Source: Hormiphora californensis
Taxonomy: Eukaryota; Animalia; Ctenophora
Assembly: GCA_020137815.1 (NCBI GenBank)
Contig: CM035352.1
Coordinates: 6,572,001-6,636,000, forward strand
Length of the DNA: 64,000 nucleotides
Direction: 5' to 3'
Position numbers and translations under genes: made by a program. This document shows positions 35,511-47,400 of the stretch, piece after piece. Below the pieces are notes generated by a model that ran no database searches, was not told the DNA's origin, and saw only the letters and a program-made list of their open reading frames with translations. Numbering within the stretch: the stretch's first letter is position 1; each line of letters starts with the position of its first letter.

Positions 35511-35759
35511 GCAAATTAATTTGAGCTGATGATGAGGTTGAACGGTGAAAATTCCCGAATTCATTCTTCTTGGTAATAAACCTAGTCTCACTTGTCCATA
35601 CTATTACAAGAGAAGTATCGACATGAGACTCATATCAAGCTGGGGAACACAACAACTTATTCAATTGGCAGATATATTGCACAAAGATATACATGTACCT
35701 ACACCGTGTTTGTGTATATTTTGTTTGCTTTCTGTGATGTTCACACTCACACATACTAT

Positions 35760-36082
<323 letters not shown>

Positions 36083-36657
36083 CTTCCATTTACCTAAGTA
36101 ATGTATTTGCATACATTTTTCTCTCATTTGCCACATACACACACTTCACAACATAGGATATAAAATGAAATGAGAGAAAGAAAATGACGGAAGGGAAAGA
36201 AAGAAAGAAGGAGGGAGAGAGAGGTTGAGACCAGACATCACACTTTTACATATTTTATGTATGTTTCAGACAATTGCAAACAACCTCTTTACCACCCCCC
36301 GACAATCAAACTGTAAATGGAAACTCTGCGACTCTGGCTAGGCTTCAATTGGTGTGTACCTACACATGTGTATAATGAACAATCTACACACAATGATATG
36401 AACACAGTACACATGTACATATACACGCGTATACACAACACATTTAAATATAACCTATAATATTTTTTTCTCCCTTCCTTTTCTCTCATTCTCTTTCTCT
36501 CTCGCTCTCTGAGCATCTCCCCTCCTACACATACACGGGCCAAATAGGATGTATAAAACTGACAGAGAGCAACTAGAACAGGGAGAGGCTGACAAATAGA
36601 TCATTATGGTAACACTATATGTTAACACTATATGTTAACACTATGTTAACTCAAACA

Positions 36658-38218
36658 CTACGTAGTTAACGCAGGGTCAAACTCTGTGGCTTCATAAAAC
36701 AAAATATATCCGACTTCCAGGCCATTTGAAGTCCGGGGGTTGTCGTGCCCGAAAAAATCCTCTATACTCTTCTCATCGACCTTCTCGACCATTTCATCAT
36801 CAAAAATAAGCCAAAAATCGTGAGATTTTACCGCACAAATGTAGTGGCCTTTGTTCGGACCATTGCCGCAATGCACTACTACTGACATAAGTTGGTAGAG
36901 GCACTCTGGTTGGTGGGCATTATCAGAAGTGATAAAGAGTCTTAGTTCAAGGGGGAAAACAACCCGATACGTTAACTTCTTATACCTGTTGTCATTTTCT
37001 ACATACTTAAAACGCTTCAAATGTAGAGCTAACACCTTCGGTTGCTTCTTTATACGCATCCGCTTCTGTGCTTCTTGTTTACTGCAGCACGTTTCACAGA
37101 AATATTTCTGTGCTCCAGAGAGTGTTTCCATGGAGGAGAAGGATCGGAGACAATGGGATAGGGAGGTACTTTGTTCTATTTCGACTGACAGGTCCATGAA
37201 TGGCTCATCTTTGCAGGATAGAGCCTCACACGTTAAACATCGTGTTTCATTTGTTATTACTCCCTCAAATATCTCCTGTTTGAGAAATAAAAGGCGTTAG
37301 AAGTACATACCTTCAATTTTACAGAAACCAATTAATTTAAAACAGCAGGTTGGTTATTGAGAATTCTCAGTATCGGGAGCCCTCTCCCCTTAAAAAAGGT
37401 TGGTTTTTTGTTCAAGCAAGGCAAGCACTTTAACTTACTTCGACCCAAGTTCGCCGGTTTTTCTGCACGTCTCCTTCAGAAAACTCCGACCGAAGCAGAT
37501 CCGATATTGAATTGAGTAGGTAGTTTAGAAACTGGAAGGAGAGAAAAGGTTAAAAAGGAATTTAAATTGCATACTAACTGCTGTAACAGCCATATATCAC
37601 CCCTCCTCAAACATGCTAGTTGCTCTCTATCTCTCGGTATGAGAGTGTGTTCAACTAAATAAGGCTCATCAAGCCATATCGAGCAGTGGCAGGAGATTAT
37701 AACTCCGAGTTTGGTGATCTGCAACGAAACGAGGTAAAACCAAATAAGGTACCCCATTATTCCATATATGGGTGTATTCAAGTCTCAGCTGCTGACCGTG
37801 CAGTATATAAATACCTCATGGGCGTCCTGTTGCTGGAAATTGTTATACGTTTCATTTTCTTTTCTTAGTCGGGTGATAAAGCGCTTCGGAGCATGTACTC
37901 CCGTTCTTTTCTTCTGTGATGTGATACTGGAAAACAACTCGTAAAGGCAATACAGTAGATTTTCTTTCCGGGGCTTCTCCAGGGGTACCTTTAGCACCTG
38001 TAGTGGTCTTGTTAGAAAGAGAAGGAGGTGGAGAACACAATCAGAGTTGCAAGAAAGACAATAAATACCTTTTCCCGGAAGGGTTTGCAGAAAAAGAGTG
38101 CTTGAAGGACTGAGTTGCAGTAGCAGGTATTTCCAAAGTTGACCAAACCGTAATAATGCTCGTTCAAGGGAATCTGGGGTCCAATTTCACGTTCCAATTG
38201 GGAAGTCGACGCTCCCAT
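36658..38218 (-). CDS. USP46: Ubiquitin C-terminal hydrolase of the USP12/USP46 family
   Basis: [36 protein letters not shown]; QQQDAHE|FLNYLLN; His box [14 protein letters not shown]; four coding exons. Co-ortholog of USP12 and USP46. Confidence 0.95.
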
Positions 38219-38683
38219 CACACCCTGCATGAAGGATTATGAAATAGTGAGCATGAAACGAAGTGACTCAATTGTACACATAGTTTGTCAAAATAATGAA
38301 CTCAAAAAGAATGTCTTACCTATAATTGTAGAGCGATTCGGGGCGAAGTCCAAAAGTTGGAATGAGAACTTCAGCGTGCCATGTCATGCTCATTGCATCG
38401 CGCTACATTGAAGGGATAGGTGCTAGACAGACATATTGACAGTAGCATATTATAATATGAGGGTGTGGTTAATGGTTCTCGTGTTATTTATAACTTATAC
38501 AGTTATAACTATAAATAAGTATTTGAGACAATATCAGTCGCTGTCTGATATCAAGACGATACTTTTTTATCAACTTGTGGAGCTATGTTGAACAAATGAC
38601 AATAACTTATTACTAGACCATATAAAACCGCAGTTTGTTCCTTCTTTTCTTCAGTTTATATATTTACAACAATTGTGTCACCC

Positions 38684-39332
38684 CTAGTTCGATGACTTGT
38701 AGAACTTATCAAGGAACGAATCGTCCTTTTCCTTGACAATTCTCCGCTGGGTTTCCGTGTCATCGAAGTAAGCGTAGGCGTTGTAAGATTGTGCCCAAAA
38801 CTGGTGGAACTCTTCTAATGTCATTCGTCCTTTGACCACCATCATATCTATTACTCGCACATCCGTCACGTCTTTGTGTTTGAGGAACTCAGATCGCAAT
38901 TTTTTTCGGGCATCAGCAATGGATACCTGGAGAAAGTTAGTGTTACAGTGAAATGTTAAAACAATGAAGTAATTACAGTTGGACGTCGAATGAGTGTGAA
39001 AAATACCCCAAAAACACACCGAAATACAAAGAGGAGATTAATTCGAGAAAGCTACTTACATCAAGTAGATGTGATCTGCATGTCCAATCTAGTTCTCTGT
39101 AGAAATCGCGGTACAGAGCTGTTACACCTAGGAAGGCCGGGCATGTAGTTAGAGATAAAGAGGTAGGGACTGGGGAGGGGAGAGGGAGGGAGGGAGGTGT
39201 GAGGTTGGACTATACAACAAGTACAAGGTAAAGGATAGTCTACCTTAACTTACCAGCTCTGGCTTCCACGGCATTCTTCGACAAAATAGGCCGAACAATT
39301 TTTGTTGCAACTTGTCGCCCTGCACCAGACAT
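38684..39332 (-). CDS. NDUFA6: NADH dehydrogenase 1 alpha subcomplex subunit 6 (LYR family)
   Basis: VRPILSKNAVEARA..LYRDFYRE..ARKKLRSEFLKHKDVTDVRVIDMMVVKG..FLDKFY; three exons. Confidence 0.92.
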
Positions 39333-39344
39333 GGCTAAAACATA

Positions 39345-40248
39345 TTAGGCTGTCCAGTATTGATTGTCGTTGGCCTTTTATGAGACAATGGTTTGAGATA
39401 GAGCAAAATGGACTTCACCACCGTTTTTCTCACGCGATTTTGGATCGGAATAAGATGTCCGGTATCGGTATGTGGTTGTTCTTGGTTCCCCTCAGGCTAT
39501 TTTCTCTACCCCACTCTTGTTGCCGCTGCATATGAAAAATCGCGATTTTTGAGTTTTAGCACCATAACTGCTGTACTTCTTAAAAATGGTACCTGAGTGA
39601 TGTTTTGTTGCATCAAGCTTGTTCATTGGACAAGTATCTATTATTTAAGATGTAATAAAATATCCTATCTTTATTTGGTCACTGAGAAATGGGCCTCCAA
39701 AAAGTTTTGGTAAAAATTAGAAACTTTCACTTCCGGGTCTCATCAGGATTGGCTTATAATAAAAAACTCTGCAGTAAAAGATAGTTCTAAGTAAGTTCTA
39801 AGACTTAGTGAAGCCAATTATGTGATTGGTTGACTTTTCAAGTGACTAATTGACGTTTTCGAAAACGGGCCAGTTTTTGTGTGTACTTTTTCGCTGTTTC
39901 ATGTTACATTTACTGTTGTAGAGGTTATAAGTGAACACGTAGAGACCCAAATCACCTATATATCTCATCCTTAGACGATTGTCTATCGATTGAGCACTAC
40001 GGGAGCTGAAGAAACCGTATCAATTTTCCTCCAGCAGCGTTTAAAAAACATAGGTAACCCCGTGCAGCAGCAAAAAGAGTGGCGTACAGGAAATATCCTG
40101 GTGGGAACCGAGAACAACCATATACCAATATCAGGCAGCATATTCCGATCTAAAATCGCGTGAGAAAAACGGTGGTGAAGTCCATTTTGTTCTATATCAA
40201 ACCATTTTTCTATAAAAGCCCAACGACAATCAATACTGGACAGCCTAA
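39345..40248. mobile_element. Mariner-like non-autonomous element with ~190-bp TIRs
   Basis: TA|TTAGGCTGTCCAGTATTGATTGTCGTTGG ... CCAACGACAATCAATACTGGACAGCCTAA|TA. Confidence 0.85.
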
Positions 40249-41161
40249 TATATATATGTATATATAATTTACATGGTTTTTTCCTCATTCGGGTTTTGTG
40301 AAATTTGCCACGGCCATTGCTCCACCCCTGATGAAATATTGCCTTGTTCGAACCTCCCTCCCCGCGCCCCGGGTTTGTCAAAACAAATGAAATAGAGACT
40401 TTTGAAGGTTAGGAAGAACTCGACATGATATTCCTTCAGTCAAAATTTCAAGTCTCTATCTCATCAGTGGACCATGGGAAGTTTCACAAAACCCGAGTGA
40501 GGGCTTTTTTAGATGGGATTTCCTTTTTAATTATTGCATTATGTATTCATAATGCGGTGTTTCCCTGCCACAAATGGAGGTAAAATTGATGACTAAGCTT
40601 CAGAACCGAATTTCCCGATGAATTTTGCACTCGAAGAGCTTACAACAAGCGGAATTCCGTCAGTGGTGTAATCTATTTCAGCAGATCTCTTGAGGAAACC
40701 ATCCTGTGACCCGATGACAGAGACTGACTCCGGTGGTGAATCCAACGTGGCGTTCACTTTACGTTGCACACGTTTGCCGCTCAGCTACTTTCAAATATGT
40801 AATACGACCAAGTAACAGAACCGTCTTCCTTGTCTTGTATTGTCTTGTAGTTCTTATTGTGCAGATACTGCACAGGTTTCAGCTGATTTTAGGTCACTTT
40901 AACGCACCTAAACGCAGTTTACAATAAAAGTTTTAGTGTACACAACAGGCCTTCCCTTAGTGGGTCCACCTAAATAAATTAAACACGTATCACCTCTCAG
41001 CCACTCTCAGACATGAACAGCACATTGAGGGGAAATATCATTGGGAAGTGATGGATAGCCTCTGACAGGGGGACGGTCATAAAATCCTATCAAGTATGAA
41101 ATAGTTGCCCAGGGATGATTTGAATTGGCCTAAGCTTCCGCAGATTGGTGATTAATATGTA

Positions 41162-42038
41162 ACGTGTTGGGCAAAAAAAATGTCCCCCCTAGACTAGCAT
41201 AGTTCCAGATATCGTAGAGCTCTAAAATTTTACACAGTTACTCTATGGGACAAATAAATAAGTTCCACAAAATTTCAGACTTTTAGCTCAAAGTTCATTT
41301 TTTTGATCAGAATGAACATTGTTATTCATTCCAAAAAACATGATTTTTCGGTCCAGAAGCCAAGCGATTGTCTTTGGCTCTCGATTTTCTTTCAAATGCG
41401 ACCAAGAAAAGCCAAAACGGACAACCACAAGGCACACAGTGGTCATGTTTCTGACAGTTAGTCAGGTCATGTGATCCCCACCGAATCGTGTAATTTATTC
41501 AGAATTGCTAATCAGGCTTAATGGTGGAGAATCACGTATCACAGCTGCTAATGAGGGATGACGATGACTATTGGTCATGAGATCCGAAGCTCATTAACAA
41601 GTGGCCTCTTTACCCAAGTGCTCCCGAATCACATGTCGCTTTTTCGATACACATCCCTCATTAGCGACTGTGATACGTGATTCTTCCCCACTAAGCCTGA
41701 TTAGCAACTCACGATTCGATGGGGATCACATGACCTGACTAACTGTCAGAAACATGACCACTGGGTGCCTTGTGGTTGTCCGTTTTGGCTTTTCTTGGTC
41801 GCATTTGAAAGAAAATCGAGAGCCAAAGACAATTGCTTGACTTCTGGACCGAAAAATCATGTTTTTTGGAATGAATAACAATGTTCATTCCGATCAAAAA
41901 AATGAACTTTGAGCTAAAAGTCTGAAATTTTGTGGAACTTATTTATTTGCCCCATAGAGTAACTGTGTAAAATTTTAGAGCTCTACGATATCTGGAACTA
42001 TGCTAGTCTAGGGGGGACATTTTTTTTGCCCAACACGT
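41162..42038. mobile_element. Tc1/mariner-like fold-back element
   Basis: TA|ACGTGTTGGGCAAAAAAAA ... TTTTTTGCCCAACACGT|TA; ~325-bp near-perfect arms; no transposase ORF. Confidence 0.88.
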
Positions 42039-42501
42039 TAGTAACAATGAAAATGATAAACGCTCAAATAATACATTAGCATATGCTGCAGACCATTCAA
42101 ATGTGATAACTGATAAGGCAGTCCTTTTCAAGTTTAAACAGAGCTTAAAACTTTGGCAAACGTTGCTGGCGCCACGCGCAGCGCGGGATAAGGCAGCGCT
42201 TTTCAACTTAAAACTTTTTTGTAAAATTTTCTTTCTAAAAAACAAGTTTCTTATCACGAAAGTTTTCAGAACCTACCTGAACCTGATTTCTATGCGGCCG
42301 CGGCGCAAAATTTAATGGAACGCGCGAACATGTCCAAGTTTATACACCGCGCCGCACTGCTCTGGCCAGGTTTAATTTTTCTCGATTTTTCAAACTCAGC
42401 TGAGTTCACTTTTTTTCGGGCTTTTTTAAAATTTTACGCCTTCTCAAGTCAGTTTTTTGTTACTTAATTTGGCTGTGAATGAACTAACCCCGTTTTTTAG
42501 A

Positions 42502-43752
42502 ATGTCCTTTGTAACTCATTATACAAAGCAATTTATTTTGAAGAAAACTGGACAAGCAAAAGTTCCCACCAAGTGCCAAAAATGCCTCGAAGCAGGCCAC
42601 TGGACATACGAGTGTAAGAATGAGAGGAAGTATACCAAGAGAGAACCACGTAGTAAACAGGTGGACAAGCCACGAGAAATAGTGGAACGGCTGAAGAAAA
42701 AACGGAAAGTGTCGATCAGTTCAGAAAGCTCAGTTTCATCTGATTCAGAGGATGAGAATGATAAAGCGGCACAAGTTAAAAAGCTTTCTGCTAAGATAAA
42801 AGGTGTCGGCAAAGATAATACAGATGACGAAGATGAGCCAAATAATTCTCCCGAGCACCGACGATCCGATCCTGATTCAGATAATGAAGACAGGAGAAGA
42901 GAGGATTCTGGGTCACCAAGGAAAGAAGTCCCAGAAGTTGCATCACGTAGTAACAGAGATCGCTCAAGGCAGTCTGAAGATAAGGAAGCAAGGAGAAAAG
43001 GCGGAGAGAAACGTGGTCGTGATCAGCTGCACCACAGAGAGCGTAGCCGGTTAGGTGAAAGAACTAGAAAAGATTCCCGCTCCCCATCGAACGACAGATC
43101 AGGCTCAAGACCACAGAGAAAAAGCAGATCCCCGTCTCCACAACACCGACGAAAAGACAGATCCCCGTCTCCTGAAAGGAAGAGAAAAGACAGATCCCCG
43201 TCTCCTGAACGCCGAAGAAAAGACAGATCCCCGTCTCCTGAACGCCGAAGAAAAGACAGATCCCCGTCTCCAGGACGCAAGGGAAGAGGCAGGTCTCGGT
43301 CGTTAGAGAAAGTGAGGAGGCGAAGGTCACCAGACAGAAGGAGAGGAAGAAGTAGATCAAACTCGCGGACTAAAAGGCACTCCCGGTCACCCGATCGAAG
43401 ACAGCGCTCACCTGCTAGACAACGCTCCCCCGGTAGGAGACAACGCTCCCCCGATAGGAGACAATGGTCCCCCGACAGGAGACAACGATCTCCCGACAGG
43501 AGACAACGGTCCCCCGATAGAAGGAGAAGACGACGCGATTCTGACAATACAAGGAAAAGATCTCCTTCACCATCATCCCCCATTAACCGGACCCCAGAAA
43601 GAAATCTCCAGGATAAGACTCCAGATCTAACACCCCCAGGTGACGCAGATGTTGCCACACCCCCTAGAAGAAAGAAGAAGAGGCAGGCATCTTCATCTTC
43701 ATCATCATCTTCCAGCAGTAGTAGTAGTAGTAGTAGTTCGGACTCAGATTGA
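42502..43752 (+). CDS. ZCCHC10: ZCCHC10-like zinc-knuckle protein with a long RS-repeat region, intronless
   Basis: CQKCLEAGHWTYECKNERKY knuckle, RRKDRSPSPE and RQRSPD repeats, poly-Ser-DSD tail; ATG 1 nt after TTTTTTAG. Confidence 0.8.
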   Translation: MSFVTHYTKQFILKKTGQAKVPTKCQKCLEAGHWTYECKNERKYTKREPRSKQVDKPREIVERLKKKRKVSISSESSVSSDSEDENDKAAQVKKLSAKIKGVGKDNTDDEDEPNNSPEHRRSDPDSDNEDRRREDSGSPRKEVPEVASRSNRDRSRQSEDKEARRKGGEKRGRDQLHHRERSRLGERTRKDSRSPSNDRSGSRPQRKSRSPSPQHRRKDRSPSPERKRKDRSPSPERRRKDRSPSPERRRKDRSPSPGRKGRGRSRSLEKVRRRRSPDRRRGRSRSNSRTKRHSRSPDRRQRSPARQRSPGRRQRSPDRRQWSPDRRQRSPDRRQRSPDRRRRRRDSDNTRKRSPSPSSPINRTPERNLQDKTPDLTPPGDADVATPPRRKKKRQASSSSSSSSSSSSSSSSSDSD

Positions 43753-43910
43753 AGTTGAAAAAGTGTAAAATGTAAACATGAACAATTTTTTATCTGATTT
43801 TAGTTTTAATTAAACCATTCTTGTTTGATATATCTGACTAATAAACTCTCTCTATCCCTCTAAAACTCACAACCCTACTTCTAGCTGCCCATTAGTGGCA
43901 CATAATAGAC

Positions 43911-44365
43911 ATGTTAGAGACGCTGAATGACTTCACCCGAACACTGGGAACATTCTGGGGTGTTCTCTCCCTAATGGTGCTATGTGCACCCGCTGCCATA
44001 GCAGTCCATGAATTCACTGCCTATCGGATGAATCAATACTCTCTGGGAGGAAATGATTTCGGATGTAAATCTAATGTGGTAAGTATTCTGTGTGACGTTT
44101 GTGACGTGTGTTAGTGTGTGTGTGACGTGTGTGTGACGCGTGTGTGTGTGTGTGTGACGTGTGTGTTTGTTCGTATTAGTACAGGCTGTAATAGTACACA
44201 TCTTGAAGACACTCTGTGTACTGTGCAGTAGGTGTGGTTTGCAACTTGTAATTGCACACACACCGTGTGTATTATACTGTGTACCACCAGTTACAAAACT
44301 CCACTCTCGACCGCTTCATTTTACTTAGTATAGCAAAACACACTGAGTATACACTATACATCACA

Positions 44366-44404
<39 letters not shown>

Positions 44405-47400
44405 CATCTCTCTTTCTTTCTCTATCTCTCTCTCTCTCTACAGGTGAATTTCGAGGCCCGGTCAGTGAACGCTAACATTGTCACCAGGCGGTGTGTGTTG
44501 CTCTCGATGGGTGAGGTGACAGTGGACAGGATGAAAGAGCTGATAGACAACAAAGCAGGAGCTATACTCATCTCTATCCCTCAAAATTCCTCACAGCTCA
44601 CAGACGGTATGTATTGCTTGTTATGTTCTAACCCTCCTTTAGATTTGACTCGCCGTGTGGGGCACGGTGAAACAGAGTCGAGCAAGGCAAATGTGTTGCA
44701 CTGACTCTGACCAAACTAAAAATACCATTCTTGTGGTGCTTCCACATTTATTTGTTTCCTTCTTTTTGTCCCAAATTAATACAGATTTTATGTTTTAGTT
44801 GATGTCCCAAACATCACAACGAAATAATACAGCTGTATTTGGATCGTAGACATGATGGAAATCTTGTTGGAGCTCCAAGTTCTACTACGATTTTGATGTC
44901 CCAAACATTACAGATTTTATGTCTTGTTTCAGTTGATGTCCCAAATATATTACAGATTTTATGTCTTGTTTCAGTTGATGTCGAAGGTTGGAATGAAGTT
45001 GAAAGTTTGCTAATGGAGGCACCTATTGATACCAGTGTCTACTTTACATATGAGCAGGCGGAATTAGCTACCATCTACCATCAAGTAAGGGAAAACAACA
45101 GTACTTCCCCCAATTCTTAGAGATCTCCCTAATCCTCGCAACAACACGACCCTAAAGGTCCCCTAAATTATCTTATGTCTCCCATCTCCCCTGTAGGGTA
45201 CCCCTTTTCGATCCAAGTAACTCTTACACAACAACCTTTCTCAGGTTAGGACGGGGCTAAACAGTGACCACGCTGCAACAGCGGTAGCGGCGCTGGGTAA
45301 TGTGTTCCACTCTAACGGATACCAGATAGTCACCTATGGGACAGTACCCGCTCCAGCTAAATCAGTCATCTACACAGTACAGGTAGAGATTTACTTATAT
45401 TCGGACCACGATTTATCGGACAAAATGGCTGCCCCCAAATCCCGGTAAATCGGATCCAGCTATACTTTGGAGCCACTCCCAGGGTAATCTAACCCCCTCT
45501 TTCCTAGGGTAAACTGACAAGTCAAAGTAGGGAAGCTAACCCTTCAATAGCTATTGTGGCCCATTTTGACAGTTTTGGCATCGCGCCACACCTCGCTAAA
45601 TCAGCCAACAGTAATGGTAGTGGAGTTGCTGCGTTCTTGGAACTCGCCCGACTACTTGCCAAGTATGTCCATATATGGGTATCTCTTTAACAGCATCAGT
45701 TTTGCTATTGGGCATCTCTTTAGATTAACTCTATTTTACCCCCTGTCCACTGATAACTATCCCCCCTCCCTCCCCCGATGTTATTCCCTTCCTCTCCTCC
45801 AGGCTATACAACACACCTGGAAGTGTCCCAAAATACGATATTCTCTTCCTACTTACTGGGGCAGGAAAACTCAACTATCTCTCCTCCAAGACCTGGATGG
45901 AGAGAAAGATGACGAGTGATAGTCCTGATGGTGCTCTCCTGTCAGAAGCAGAGTTTGTTCTCTGTATTGATAGTGTTGGCAAGGAGGCTCTGAATATCCA
46001 CCTTTCTAAACAACCCAAGGCTGGAACTCCTGCTGAGAGAATGTTGAGGGCATTCAAAGAGGCCACCGATCTGTTGTACCCCAACACCACTATACAGACC
46101 ATCCCTAAGAAGGTGTGTTATGTTTTAACCCTCCTTTACATTTGTGCGGGGTGCGGTAAGGCTTGGGTATGATATCCCCCCTTCTTCTATCCTCCTGCGC
46201 TGTCTCTCTCATGTTATCGCGCACGCTACGTTTAGAGAGGGGACACTGTACCCAACGGGAAGGCAGGGTCGAGCAAAAAAGATTGTGAGTTACACTTTCT
46301 GGGCTATTATTATTATCTGAGTAGACAGGATGTGTAGTGTGTAACAGAGTGAATTGAGTTAGACATAAAACGGAAGAGTTATGTTTATTTCTCACCGGCC
46401 GTGCATTCCCCTCTTGTGTCTATTATATTTTTGACCCTGGTCTCTCCGTCTCCATATCTTACCCTATGTCTTATCCTACTCGCCCTTTAACCTTTGTCCT
46501 CTTCTATCTCCAATCATATACCCTTTAATTAATCCTAGTTAATTTCAATAAACCAACTTTCCCCTCCCCCAACAGGTGAACCTTGGAAACCCATCATTTG
46601 CATGGCACCACGAAGTGTTCACTGTCAAGCGACTCTCAGCTGGCACTCTCTCTAACTATCCCTCACACACAACATCAGGCAGACTGAATACATTCGACGA
46701 AAAAGGTAATTTTTCTTAGTTCTATCGATTGAATTGTTTCATATTTCGTTTGTCCACTTTGTCTTTGTTTTCTCACTATTATATTCACGCAAAAAAAACT
46801 TTTCGATCGTGGGTATACGGTATCGTGCCGATGCCGTATCCCTGGAATTTTCGTGGGTTGACCGTACCCACTGTAGCATCAGCCTAATCAGCTACACGGC
46901 TATGGGACTCTGATCATGCACAGGAGAGAGATAGTGCATGATCAGAGCTGGCACAGAGAGCCCAGCGGATTGTCAGTAACTTCAAATTAGAAAGATCCTG
47001 ACAATCACAATGAGCTCCCCCCATAGGGGTGAGGGGACGGAGGAGGGGGGAGGCATAAAATGAGGGTCATCACTCCTCAGGGTGTAGTAAAATCACACTC
47101 CCCTTTCTCCTCCGTCACCCTCGATAAAATGTCTTTGCTTTGTTTTAAAATCTCGATCTTGGTATTATTGATCCGGTCTTCTTTTACGAGGGGTGGTCGC
47201 CAAGCTGCTTCGGCCCAAGAGGACTTGGGGAGCTTGGGGACCATGTCACAGGCCAGTTTCCTCTCACTCTATTTGAAGTGTGATGTCAGGAGAGGGCTCT
47301 TCAGTTCTCTGCTCCATGGGCTGCTCCATGGTAGTTTCTTCAGAATTCTGCTCCATGGGCTGCTCCTTGGTAGTTTCTTCGGAATTCTGCTCCACAGGTG

